Positions 52,876 to 63,955 of a stretch of 64,000 nucleotides of DNA are shown here, one piece after another. The position numbers and the translations under genes were made by a program. Under the pieces are notes generated by a model, which was not told where the DNA came from, searched no databases, and saw only the letters and a program-made list of their open reading frames with translations. Position 1 is the first letter of the stretch. The number at the start of each line of letters is the position of its first letter. The stretch comes from Acholeplasmataceae bacterium. Its GTDB lineage: Bacteria; Bacillota_I; Bacilli_A; Acholeplasmatales; Acholeplasmataceae. The stretch covers positions 256,001 to 320,000 of the forward strand of contig OY763415.1 in assembly GCA_963667565.1 (NCBI GenBank), written 5' to 3'.

Positions 52876-53177
52876 TGCTAGTTGCATTACTACAAATTGG
52901 TGCAATCGGTCTGATTTTGGGTATTTCTATTGGTGTTGCGAGTAAATACTTTGAAGTTAAGACAGACCCAATGGTTCAAAAAGTTTATGATGTGTTACCA
53001 CACTTCAACTGCGGTGCATGTGGAACACCAGGATGTATGGCAATGGCAGAAGCTGTTGTTAATGAAAACTATCCAGTGACAAAATGTCGCCCTGGAACAG
53101 ATCAAATGAAAAAAGGTGTTCAAAAAATGTTAGATGACTATAAATCAGGTGTCCTAACATTTGAAGAACAAAAATAA
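52875..53177 (+). CDS. rnfB: Short RnfB (TM anchor plus single Fe-S domain)
   Basis: LPHFNCGACGTPGC...C; 100 aa, no ferredoxin repeats. Confidence 0.88.
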   Translation: MLVALLQIGAIGLILGISIGVASKYFEVKTDPMVQKVYDVLPHFNCGACGTPGCMAMAEAVVNENYPVTKCRPGTDQMKKGVQKMLDDYKSGVLTFEEQK

Positions 53178-53182
53178 AAAAT

Positions 53183-53222
53183 AAAACCTTAGATTCTACT
53201 TTTAGAACCTAAGGTTTTTTTT
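53183..53222. terminator. Bidirectional terminator closing the cyd-rnf operon
   Basis: AAAACCTTAGATTCTA...TAGAACCTAAGGTTTTTTT. Confidence 0.8.
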
Positions 53223-53886
53223 ATACATGAAATCTGCTTTTAAACTCTTCTCGACTTTCTTTGGATGGTAGTAATAAAATACCAAGTAAAGTCACAAAAG
53301 AATAAGATAGACACGCTACACTTGGCCACGCGACATCAACTAAGCGAAGAAGCAAGAATAATCCAGGAAATAATCCAAGAACACTCATAAAAATAATATT
53401 GGGTGAGAAATCTAACCAACGCTTGTGGTTAAATAAAATCATTGATGACAAAACGAGCAGTTGTAACATGACGACAAATGGAAATACATAATCTAGTGCC
53501 CAATGATAATCTTGGATACTTAAACCAATTAAGAATAAACCGATAATGGTTGTAATCAATAGTTTAGAGACTTTTATATTCCATGCCGTTTTACTATTAA
53601 ATAGTAGTAACATGACAATAGCAAATAAATTAGCAGCACCTAAAGTTAAGGACCATGTGAGAGGTAGGCCATTAAAATAATCAAGTCCTAGTCCAATAAA
53701 TAGGCTACCTAAGTTAAGAAGAACTAAAAATCTAATCCAAATGGATGGTTTTTTTCTTTTTTCTAACGTTGCATATTTAAAATTAGGCTCATGTTGATCA
53801 TGATTTTCTAGATCACCATGACAGAATAAACAATGGTCAAGTGGTGCATCATATGATATCTTACATGTCTTACAATATTTCATCAT
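53221..53886 (-). CDS. Zinc-ribbon membrane protein (DUF6320-like)
   Basis: N-terminal C..C.........C..C then about six TM helices, W..DYVFP. Confidence 0.7.
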   Translation of the reverse strand: MMKYCKTCKISYDAPLDHCLFCHGDLENHDQHEPNFKYATLEKRKKPSIWIRFLVLLNLGSLFIGLGLDYFNGLPLTWSLTLGAANLFAIVMLLLFNSKTAWNIKVSKLLITTIIGLFLIGLSIQDYHWALDYVFPFVVMLQLLVLSSMILFNHKRWLDFSPNIIFMSVLGLFPGLFLLLRLVDVAWPSVACLSYSFVTLLGILLLPSKESREEFKSRFHV

Positions 53887-55150
53887 AAGCCTCCTTGTAA
53901 TTAGTATCTATGGTGATAGAAACACCGTGATCAGTTAAAAAAGATATGAATTGATTGATAATGCTTAAATCCTTGTGTGGTGTTGTAAATATGATATTTG
54001 TGACATCATTAATTGATGTTGTTGTTATACTTAAACCCGTTGTAAAACTTAAAAAATCCATATCGATTACTTTAGTTTTCATATCATCTGGTAGATCACA
54101 AAGACCAATATTAGAAAGTGAGCATGTATTAATACTTTCACCTAACATGTTATAACCTATTTTAAATGCGATATTTTTTAATGCAAAAGGTAACATTCTA
54201 ATTAATAAATTTTTCTCTAAACCAACAAGTGCAGAAATTCTACTATTAAGCTTGTCTTTATCAAGTTGATCAACGAAATCTTTTTTTGTCACTTCTAAAA
54301 TTTCTTCAAAAGTCCATGTTTTCTTTTCAGCAGGATAAGTGCATTTTAAATAAAGAGAGAAATTTCTCAAGGTTTTTGAATTAAAATAAGGTCTTAAATT
54401 CACAGGCACAAAGACTTTAATGGGTTTCTTATGCCCTACGAAATCAATCGATTCTAAATAAATACTATAAGCAACTAGCGCAGTGATAAATTGAGTGAGT
54501 GTTGCTTGATAAGTAGTTTTTACGAAAGTTAATAATTCTTTAGTGTTAAACTTTAGTTTAACAGCAAGTAAGAAGTGATTGGAAAAAGATTCACTTTTAA
54601 TATGATATGCTTTTTCTTCACGAAGTGCTAATTTGTTATCCTTATCATAATTGGATACAAAATTATCCTCAGATTCCTTTTTGGAATATGGAAGCTCACC
54701 TAAAATCTTATTTTGGTGGTCCATTTGAAATCCTAAAAGCTTAAAATATTTGAATAAAATAGATTTTAAAAATTGAAGTGCACCTAATCCATCAGAAATA
54801 CCATGGAATGTTTCAAGTGATATTTTATTATCCAAGTAGAAGACTTTAAATAAGAAGTTTCTATTGGTATAAGTCTTAAAATGTTCACACAAAAAAGGTG
54901 TTTCTTTATACACCTTAGCAATTTTGGTATTCGCCCCAAGGTATTGCCAAAAAAGACCTGTTCTTATTTGTACGGCAAATGTTTCAAATCTTGGCAATGT
55001 CTCGTTGACTGCTTGTTCTAAAATGATAGGATCTACAGCTTCATCTAAATAAAATGAAATCCTAAAAATATTGCTTCTTGAATCTTTGGAAACCGCAGGA
55101 AATACTTTTCCGGCATTGTCTAATTTGTACCAGTATTTTTGTTTTCTCAA
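53870..55150 (-). CDS. CoA-dependent acyltransferase (alcohol acetyltransferase/condensation-domain family)
   Basis: WYKLDNAGKVFP, GLFW, FHGISDG (HxxxDG), PVNLR..F.S.TLRNF, SNIG. Confidence 0.82.
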   Translation of the reverse strand: MRKQKYWYKLDNAGKVFPAVSKDSRSNIFRISFYLDEAVDPIILEQAVNETLPRFETFAVQIRTGLFWQYLGANTKIAKVYKETPFLCEHFKTYTNRNFLFKVFYLDNKISLETFHGISDGLGALQFLKSILFKYFKLLGFQMDHQNKILGELPYSKKESEDNFVSNYDKDNKLALREEKAYHIKSESFSNHFLLAVKLKFNTKELLTFVKTTYQATLTQFITALVAYSIYLESIDFVGHKKPIKVFVPVNLRPYFNSKTLRNFSLYLKCTYPAEKKTWTFEEILEVTKKDFVDQLDKDKLNSRISALVGLEKNLLIRMLPFALKNIAFKIGYNMLGESINTCSLSNIGLCDLPDDMKTKVIDMDFLSFTTGLSITTTSINDVTNIIFTTPHKDLSIINQFISFLTDHGVSITIDTNYKEAYDEIL

Positions 55151-55314
55151 ATGATATCATCCTTTTATATACGTAGTACCCCTTAACCATATTATACATG
55201 CTTTAATAAAAAACTGAATATAGAATTATTATCTTTTATCAATCATTGTGTCATCGACTACATATAATATGTTAAAATGTTTTTATAAAATAACATTGAT
55301 TGTGGTGATGAACA

Positions 55315-56613
55315 ATGAAAAAAGTCGGATTACTTGAAGCTATCTCCATCGGTATCGGTGGTATGGTCGGTGGTGGGATATTTGCAGTCTTAGGATTAGC
55401 AGTTGAAAGTGCAAGCGGGGCAACTCCACTGGCTTTCTTAATTGCAGGATTGATTGCATTAACAACCGCTTACGCATATGCTAAACTTGCAGAGCAGATC
55501 AAATCAAGAGGTGGAACAAGTTCATATATTAACCAAGGATTTGGCAAAAATATTTTTACAGGTGGAACCAATAACTTTTTATGGATTAGTTATATTGTCA
55601 TGATTGCGCTTTATGCATCTGCATTTGGATCGTATGCACCTAATTTAATTCCAATAACATCAAATCAAACGATTAATTATCATATCTTTGTTTCACTTAT
55701 TATACTTATAGCTGTAGGCATTAATTATTTAAGTGTTAAAGTTGTAACAGAAGTTGAAAAGTGGGCAGTGATTTTAAAACTTGTCATTTTACTTATTTTT
55801 GTAGGTGTTGGAATCTATGGATTAACACAATCATCATATGTCAGTCAATTAGGTATTTCTCATTGGCCAAATCCAATTTCAATCATTGCAGGTGGAATGC
55901 TTATCTTTGTCGCATATGAAGGATTTGAACTCATATCAAGCGTGACACCTGACATGGATAAAAAATCAAACATAAAAAAAGCATTCCTTTATTCAACGAT
56001 ATTTGTCATTTTACTTTATATTGTGATTGCGGTGATTACCGTGGGTAGTCTTCCCTTTCAAACCATTCAAACAGCACAAGATTATGTCCTTGCAGAAGCA
56101 GCAAAACCATTTTTAGGTCAGTTTGGATTTGTGATGATCATCATTGCAGCTTTAATCTCAACTTTCTCAGCGATTAATGCAACCTTATATAGCAGTTCAA
56201 GAATCAATTATGAAATTGCTGAAGATGATGAATTACCTCATGAATTCACTTTGATCATTAAAAATGAACCCATCGGTGTCATGATCACTGCTGTATTAGC
56301 ACTTATTATGGTTAATTTTATTCCATTATCCAGTATTTCTGGTATAGGTAGCATTGGATTTTTATTTATTTTTGCACTTGTGAATTTATCTGCATATAGA
56401 TTAAGGAAAACGCTTGAAGGTAAAGCTTGGTTATTCTTATTAGGATTCATTTTTAATACGATTGCGATTGGTGCACTCATTTATAATGAATTGACAACAA
56501 ATATCTTAACCATTGTCTACACATTGATTCTAATTATTTTATGCTATACGATTGAATTTATATATAAAAAATCCGAGTTTAAAATGAAAGAAAAATTGGT
56601 TAAAAAACCATAA
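55315..56613 (+). CDS. APC-family amino acid permease
   Basis: GGMVGGGIF, FVAYEGFE, about 12 TM segments. Confidence 0.92.
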   Translation: MKKVGLLEAISIGIGGMVGGGIFAVLGLAVESASGATPLAFLIAGLIALTTAYAYAKLAEQIKSRGGTSSYINQGFGKNIFTGGTNNFLWISYIVMIALYASAFGSYAPNLIPITSNQTINYHIFVSLIILIAVGINYLSVKVVTEVEKWAVILKLVILLIFVGVGIYGLTQSSYVSQLGISHWPNPISIIAGGMLIFVAYEGFELISSVTPDMDKKSNIKKAFLYSTIFVILLYIVIAVITVGSLPFQTIQTAQDYVLAEAAKPFLGQFGFVMIIIAALISTFSAINATLYSSSRINYEIAEDDELPHEFTLIIKNEPIGVMITAVLALIMVNFIPLSSISGIGSIGFLFIFALVNLSAYRLRKTLEGKAWLFLLGFIFNTIAIGALIYNELTTNILTIVYTLILIILCYTIEFIYKKSEFKMKEKLVKKP

Positions 56614-56622
56614 GGAGATTAT

Positions 56623-57123
56623 ATGGATGAAATTATTGTAACAACCCAAAATGAAATTGATGATTATTTAAGATTTTCAATGCATATACTTAAAACTCAA
56701 AAAAAGTTTAATGTTTCACTGAACATCATTTTAGTTTCTGCAGCTGTTATTTTGATACTAGGTCTAGTATTTATGGATATAACATTTATTGTATTAGGTT
56801 CTGTTTTTTTAGCGATTAGATTTTTATTTAAACCACTTGTGAAACTCATGGTAAAATCTAATTTAAAAAAACTTTCAAATGAAATCAAAGAAGAAGAACT
56901 TAAATTTACAGAAACTGAGTTGTCCATTAAAAATGAACTATCACATTCAGTTATTCCATGGCATAAATTTACTAAAATTGAAGAAGATGAAGTGTTACTC
57001 TATTTATTTTTAACTCAAGGTCAAGCAGTGATTGTTAAAAAAGATCGTTTGTCACAAGAACAATATGAACAAATACTTATATGGCTTTCACCATATAAAG
57101 AAAAATTAAGCACACAAAAATAA
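56623..57123 (+). CDS. YcxB-like membrane protein
   Basis: Two TM helices then W..F..I.E....LYL......IV.K domain. Confidence 0.7.
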   Translation: MDEIIVTTQNEIDDYLRFSMHILKTQKKFNVSLNIILVSAAVILILGLVFMDITFIVLGSVFLAIRFLFKPLVKLMVKSNLKKLSNEIKEEELKFTETELSIKNELSHSVIPWHKFTKIEEDEVLLYLFLTQGQAVIVKKDRLSQEQYEQILIWLSPYKEKLSTQK

Positions 57124-57155
57124 AAAAAACATGTTAGATAATCTAACATGTTTTT
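57122..57155. terminator. Bidirectional terminator
   Basis: AAAAAAACATGTTAGA-TAA-TCTAACATGTTTTT. Confidence 0.8.
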
Positions 57156-57162
57156 ATTTTAG

Positions 57163-57900
57163 TTATTCTTTTTTACTCGTTAACTTTTTAACAATATCAT
57201 TAGCACGATCAAGGTTAATACCATCAAATGTTCTTAGCACTTCAATAGGAATTGCAAAAACAATGGTATTTGACTTATCTGATGATAAATCATTTAAAGT
57301 AGATAATGTTCTTAAATGCATTGCTCCAGGTGTTTTAGAGACTATCTCAGCAGCTTTTGCTAAGTTGGTAGCAGCAGTCACTTCACCTTCAGATTTAACG
57401 ATTGTAGAACGTTTTTCTCTTTCTGCTTCAGCAACTTTTGCAATCACTCTTTCCATTTCTTCTGGAAGTTTGATATCTTTGATTTCAACTTTTTCTACTT
57501 TGATTCCCCAAGGATCGGTTTCTAAATCAACGATATCTTTAATTTCTTTAGAAATGACTTTCAAGTTTGACAATAGTTCATCAAGCTGATAACCTCCAAT
57601 TGAGTTTCTAAGTGTTGTTTGTGCAAGCTGAGTCACTGCAAAAAACGCATCTTTGACTTCTAGTAGTGCTTTTTCAGCATCATTAACTCTAAAGTATACA
57701 ACCGCGTTAATTGTAATTGTGACATTATCTTTTGTAATACATTTTTGTTGAGGTACATCTTGTGTAATTGTTCGTAAATCAATGATTTTAACTTCATGAA
57801 TCACAGGAATAACAAGTCTTAATCCTGGAACAAGTTTCCTAACATATTTACCAAATCTAAATTTGACACCACTTTCGTATTGTCTAATAATTCGAAACAT
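57163..57900 (-). CDS. SPFH/stomatin-family protein
   Basis: ITKDNV, LAQTTLR, DPWGIKVEKVEIKD, AEAEREKR, LRTLSTL. Confidence 0.92.
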   Translation of the reverse strand: MFRIIRQYESGVKFRFGKYVRKLVPGLRLVIPVIHEVKIIDLRTITQDVPQQKCITKDNVTITINAVVYFRVNDAEKALLEVKDAFFAVTQLAQTTLRNSIGGYQLDELLSNLKVISKEIKDIVDLETDPWGIKVEKVEIKDIKLPEEMERVIAKVAEAEREKRSTIVKSEGEVTAATNLAKAAEIVSKTPGAMHLRTLSTLNDLSSDKSNTIVFAIPIEVLRTFDGINLDRANDIVKKLTSKKE

Positions 57901-57982
57901 TGAATCACCTCAGTTTTTTTTATACTTATAGTCTATCACGAAAACGTAAAAAAAAGTGAAACGTGAAGTTTCACTTAATTCA

Positions 57983-59509
57983 TTATTTAATAATTAAACT
58001 ATGACCCGTCATTTCTTTTGGTTGTTCAACACCTAAAATATCTAAGAGTGTTGGTGCAACATCACATAAAGCACCTGTACCTACTTTAATATTAGGATCT
58101 GTAATAATAACAGGCACTAAGTTTGTTGTATGTGCTGTATGAGGTTGTCCATCTTCACTCGTCATTTTTTCAGCATTTCCATGGTCTGCGATGATGATTG
58201 CAACACCACCGATTGATAAAATAGCATCTACAACATCTTTAGTACAAGTATCAACAGTTTCAACAGCTTTAGTTGCTGCTTCAACTGAACCTGTATGACC
58301 AACCATATCTGGATTTGCAAAATTTAATATCATAGTATCAAATTTACCTGATTTAATTGCTTCAACAGCGTTATCTCTAACTTCGAAAGCGCTCATTTCT
58401 GGTTGTAAGTCATAAGTTGCAACTTTTGGTGATTGAACTAAGATTCTTGTTGCACCTTCAAATGTGCGTTCCTTACCACCATCAAAGAAGAAAGTGACAT
58501 GCGCATATTTTTCAGTTTCAGCAATTCTAAGTTGTGTTAATCCAGCGTTTGCAATGACTTCACCATAGATATTATCAAGTGATTGAAGATCAAAAGCGAT
58601 TGGACCTTTAACAGATTCATTATAATGCATCATTGAAACAAAGAAGATATTTTTAACTGCTTTAGATGCGTCAAATGTTGGTTTACCTTCAGTTTCATAT
58701 AATTTAGTACCTTCCGGATTAGAAAAAGCAGTAGCAATTCTAATCGCTCTATCAGGTCTAAAGTTTGCAAAGATAATGGCATCATTATCTTTAATAAGAC
58801 CGTTTGTATCTACAACAAATGGAATGATAAACTCATCAGTGATGCCTTCACTATAAGCACTTTCAATACCTAAATCAGCAGAATCAAAATGTTGACCTGT
58901 GCCTAAAGTCATATTGTCATAAGCCTTTTGAAGTCTATCCCAATTATTATCTCTATCCATTGCATAATATCTACCACTTACTGTAGCAACTCTCATGCCT
59001 GCAGATGTTAATTGATCTAAGTAACCTTTACCTGCCATTTGAGGTGTATCTCTACCATCCATGAATGCATGTAGCCAAGGTGTAACACCTTTTGATACAG
59101 CAAGGTCATGTAATGCTTTAATATGTGTTGGATATGAATGTACACCACCATCAGAAACTAAACCAAAGATGTGAAGTTGAGAGTTATTTTTCTTAGTGTA
59201 ATCAATAGCATCTAAGAATGCTTGATTTTCAAAGAATGAGCCATCTTTAATTGATACATTAATACGAGTTAAAGATTGATAAACAACGCGTCCAGCACCT
59301 AAATTTAAGTGACCTACTTCACTATTACCCATTTGTCCATCAGGTAACCCTACATATTCACCACTTGCTTGTAGTGTGTTATTTGGATATTTTTTAAAAG
59401 CTTCATCGAGAAATGGTTTTTTTGCAAGTGTTACAGCATTAGAAGCACTTGCTGGTGCTAAACCATATCCATCCATAATGATAAGCCCTGCAAATCTTTT
59501 TTTGTTCAT
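57983..59509 (-). CDS. gpmI: 2,3-BPG-independent phosphoglycerate mutase
   Basis: GQMGNSEVGH, GRYYAMDRD, AETEKYAHVTFFF, NPDMVGHTG, ADHGNAE. Confidence 0.98.
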   Translation of the reverse strand: MNKKRFAGLIIMDGYGLAPASASNAVTLAKKPFLDEAFKKYPNNTLQASGEYVGLPDGQMGNSEVGHLNLGAGRVVYQSLTRINVSIKDGSFFENQAFLDAIDYTKKNNSQLHIFGLVSDGGVHSYPTHIKALHDLAVSKGVTPWLHAFMDGRDTPQMAGKGYLDQLTSAGMRVATVSGRYYAMDRDNNWDRLQKAYDNMTLGTGQHFDSADLGIESAYSEGITDEFIIPFVVDTNGLIKDNDAIIFANFRPDRAIRIATAFSNPEGTKLYETEGKPTFDASKAVKNIFFVSMMHYNESVKGPIAFDLQSLDNIYGEVIANAGLTQLRIAETEKYAHVTFFFDGGKERTFEGATRILVQSPKVATYDLQPEMSAFEVRDNAVEAIKSGKFDTMILNFANPDMVGHTGSVEAATKAVETVDTCTKDVVDAILSIGGVAIIIADHGNAEKMTSEDGQPHTAHTTNLVPVIITDPNIKVGTGALCDVAPTLLDILGVEQPKEMTGHSLIIK

Positions 59510-59660
59510 ATTGTTAACTCCTTATCGAATATTACATATCTATTATACAAAAAAATATGTGAGAATTAAGTATAATATACTAAAAAACGTTTTCAAGTTA
59601 TTGAATTTCTTGCACTTAAAATTAATTGTGTTAAAATAAGGGTGTAATTTTAAAAATAAT

Positions 59661-59772
59661 AAGTACTTCGGGGCAACGTGTAATTCGTGACCGGCGGTGA
59701 TAGTCCGCGAGCCTTAGGGCAGGAACTTGTGCAATTCAAGTACCGACAGTATAGTCTGGATGTGAGAAGGAA
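59661..59772 (+). promoter_or_regulatory. FMN riboswitch (RFN element)
   Basis: CTTCGGGGCA..GTG.AATTC..GACCGGCGGT...AGTCCGCGA...ACCGACAGTATAGTCTGGATG.GAGAAG; terminator hairpin at 59797-59823. Confidence 0.93.
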
Positions 59773-59843
59773 TATGTCATTTTTGACGTTCTTTTTGTCG
59801 CCGAAGTAATTTGGCGATTTTTTATTTCTTAGGAGGATGTCTT

Positions 59844-60473
59844 ATGTCAAATTACTTACGTTTAAAGAAAATGCTTTATGTGGTTGCACTTGCTGCAATC
59901 GCCATTGTTATCGGGCTGTTACAAATCCCTTGGGGATTTTTGCACTTAGATTTTAGTGAAGTTGTGATTTTACTAGCTTTACTGATTTTAGGTCCTAAAG
60001 AAGCCATGCTTGCAGCTGTATTAAGATCTTTTGTTAGAGCGATGTTTACAGGATTTTTGGACCCTATTATTTTACTAGGTGAAATTTTAGCGTTACTTGC
60101 ATCATTTTCTATAATTATGGCTTATGTCATTGTTAGAAAAATACTTCACAAATCAGAAAAACCATTTTTGTATGAAGTACCAGTGAATGGAAATCATACA
60201 TCATTATTTGAATGGGTCATTTCAATTCTACTTATTTCATTATCTTTAACAATGACTTTACTTGTGTTTAATACATTGTTTTCAACACCGATGTATTATA
60301 CTTATTTCACGATCAATGATGCATTTAGTTTTGTTAAATCAACAGGACAAAACTGGGGCGCATATATTTGGTCAAATGTTGTTTTATATGTACCATTTAA
60401 CCTAGTTAAAGGTGCGTCAGTTACCATTCTATTTTTACTTATTAAACCTAGAATCAAGTATCTTGAGTTATAA
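59844..60473 (+). CDS. ribU: ECF transporter S component, riboflavin (RibU-like)
   Basis: FLHLDFSEV, PFNLVKG; directly under the FMN riboswitch; AGGAGG RBS. Confidence 0.88.
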   Translation: MSNYLRLKKMLYVVALAAIAIVIGLLQIPWGFLHLDFSEVVILLALLILGPKEAMLAAVLRSFVRAMFTGFLDPIILLGEILALLASFSIIMAYVIVRKILHKSEKPFLYEVPVNGNHTSLFEWVISILLISLSLTMTLLVFNTLFSTPMYYTYFTINDAFSFVKSTGQNWGAYIWSNVVLYVPFNLVKGASVTILFLLIKPRIKYLEL

Positions 60474-60779
60474 TAAATATATAGAGATATTTAATTAGTA
60501 TCTTGATAAAGTGAAACATTTAGTTTTTTGTGTACACACATAGATTGATTAAGCAAATCAACAATTGATAAAACTTTATGTTAAACATGCATTAATATGC
60601 TTTAAAATCTTTGTTAAGACTTAGAAGTCAATGTGTTTAAATTGAAGGATAACTCCATTTTGAAACATTTATTTCTTATTTATCAAACTATTTACCTTAA
60701 TCACATACAATAAAGTAAATAAGTAAACGTTTTTATCAGTTAATTGACTTTAAATTTATCAATCATTCATGTATAATGA

Positions 60780-62123
<1,344 letters not shown>

Positions 62124-62129
62124 GTGACT

Positions 62130-62159
62130 AAAACACCTTGTTAAAAGGTGTTTTTTTTT
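62130..62159 (+). terminator. eno terminator
   Basis: AAAACACCTT-GTTAA-AAGGTGTTTTTTTT. Confidence 0.8.
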
Positions 62160-62228
62160 ACATAATGTTTAACATATGAATTCATAGGGCGTATAATCAA
62201 AGTATAAACTAAAGAAAGAAGTGATTAA

Positions 62229-63116
62229 ATGAATCAAGAACAATATATGAAAATGAAGCACGGTTTAGGGTTTATTGCAGCACTTGACCAAAGTGGTGGT
62301 AGTACACCCAAAACTTTGAAAGCATATGGTGTCACAGAAGATATGTATCATGATGAAAATTCTATGTATGAACGAATTCATGAGATGAGAACTAGAGTGA
62401 TTAAAAGTGAGGCTTTTAATGATCAAAAAATATTAGGTGCGATTTTGTTTGAAAACACGATTGATAGAAAGATTGATGGCTTGTTTACAGCTGATTACTT
62501 ATGGCAAGTTAAACACGTGATCCCTTTCTTAAAAATAGATAAAGGACTTGCAGACGTATGGCATGGTGTATCATTGATGAAACCTATAGATGGACTTGAT
62601 GCCCTACTTGATAAAGCAGTAGAAAGACATATCTTTGGTACAAAGATGCGTTCAGTCATTAAAGAAGCAAATCTTGATGGTATTAAAGCGATTGTTGATC
62701 AACAGTTTGACATTGGATTACAAATCGCAAGTAAAGGGTTGATACCGATTATTGAACCTGAAGTTGATATCTTTTCAAAAGACAAAAAAACTTCAGAAAC
62801 CATTCTTAAAGCAGAACTTTTGAAACATTTAGATCAGCTTCCTAAAGATATTTTTGTAATGTTAAAATTATCATTACCATCAGTAGAAAACTTTTATGAA
62901 GTACTTATCAATCATCCACAAGTGTTAAGAGTGGTTGCATTATCTGGAGGATATGAAAGAGATGATGCAAATAAGTTACTTTCTAAAAATCATCATATGA
63001 TTGCAAGCTTTTCAAGAGCACTCCTTCAAGACTTAAGATACCAACAATCTGAAGAAGCATTTAATCAATCATTAAATGAAGCTATTGAGACCATTTATCA
63101 TGCTTCAATCACATAA
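62229..63116 (+). CDS. Fructose-bisphosphate aldolase class I (bacterial type)
   Basis: [53 protein letters not shown]. Confidence 0.95.
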   Translation: MNQEQYMKMKHGLGFIAALDQSGGSTPKTLKAYGVTEDMYHDENSMYERIHEMRTRVIKSEAFNDQKILGAILFENTIDRKIDGLFTADYLWQVKHVIPFLKIDKGLADVWHGVSLMKPIDGLDALLDKAVERHIFGTKMRSVIKEANLDGIKAIVDQQFDIGLQIASKGLIPIIEPEVDIFSKDKKTSETILKAELLKHLDQLPKDIFVMLKLSLPSVENFYEVLINHPQVLRVVALSGGYERDDANKLLSKNHHMIASFSRALLQDLRYQQSEEAFNQSLNEAIETIYHASIT

Positions 63117-63358
63117 ATAAAAAGATTAAAATCTTATACATGAAAACACAATATTATATATTGTGTTTTTTAATTTTTGTTCTTTACAAAAGGTTTGTGG
63201 TAGAATGAGGTTATAAAAATTAGAGTTTTTGTGATTAAATATTCATATTATGATGCACACAATGATTCTGTTTTTATAGACTATGTATTATATACATTAC
63301 AAATATTAAATGGTTATTTGAATTTAAATGAGATAAACGCTTTCATCGGTTTTTTATA

Positions 63359-63426
63359 TTGACAAATATACATAAAGTGATAAAATAGTAACAGTATTTT
63401 GAAATTCAAAATATTTGAGTTTCAAG
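63359..63426 (+). promoter_or_regulatory. acc promoter with tandem palindromic operators
   Basis: TTGACA-16-TAAAAT with TG; TTTGA-N3-TCAAA at 63398-63410 and TTTGA-N3-TCAAG at 63414-63426. Confidence 0.6.
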
Positions 63427-63514
63427 TAAGGTGGTGAGGTTTAACACTTATAATAATGACGAGATTTAATGAAATAAACACTTAAAAAATTATGAAATGA
63501 AAGATTATGATACT

Positions 63515-63955
63515 ATGATGACAATAAAAGAAATACAAAAAATAATAAAAGATTTCGAAAGTTCTGAATTAACAGAATTGGAATTATCATTTGAAGACGT
63601 AAAAATAAAACTATCTAAAAATAAATATGAAGATAAACCAGCTGTTGTAGCAGCTCCTGCTCCAACAATTCAAACTGAACATATAGAAACAAAAACTAAT
63701 CCTAAAGGTACTGAAGTCAAGTCTCCACTTGTAGGTACATTCTATCGCTCTGAATCTCCAACGACTCAACCATTTGTTGAAGTTGGCTCTGTTGTTAAGA
63801 AAGGCGATGTTTTGTGTATCATTGAAGCAATGAAGATTATGAACGAAATTACTGCGCCAGCATCAGGTAAAGTATTACAAATTTTCTTAAACGATAAAGA
63901 CGTTGTAGGTTTCGATCAAGTACTTATGACGATTGGTTCGGAAAATGAAGCGTAA
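63515..63955 (+). CDS. accB: Acetyl-CoA carboxylase biotin carboxyl carrier protein
   Basis: SPLVGTFY, IIEAMKIMNEI biotinylation motif; start 63497, 63515 or 63518. Confidence 0.96.
   Translation: MMTIKEIQKIIKDFESSELTELELSFEDVKIKLSKNKYEDKPAVVAAPAPTIQTEHIETKTNPKGTEVKSPLVGTFYRSESPTTQPFVEVGSVVKKGDVLCIIEAMKIMNEITAPASGKVLQIFLNDKDVVGFDQVLMTIGSENEA

Noticed and set aside
49970..53177. Na+-NQR (nqrBCDE) instead of Rnf
   Set aside because: Order D-G-E-A-B with an RnfB-type Fe-S subunit, no NqrA or NqrF, and Rnf-type E/A motifs.
57131..57589. Plus-strand 152-aa ORF and other short overlapping ORFs in the track (e.g. 3334, 13531, 22876, 23254, 38125, 60904)
   Set aside because: Antisense or alternate-frame shadows of well-supported genes, with no RBS or motifs.
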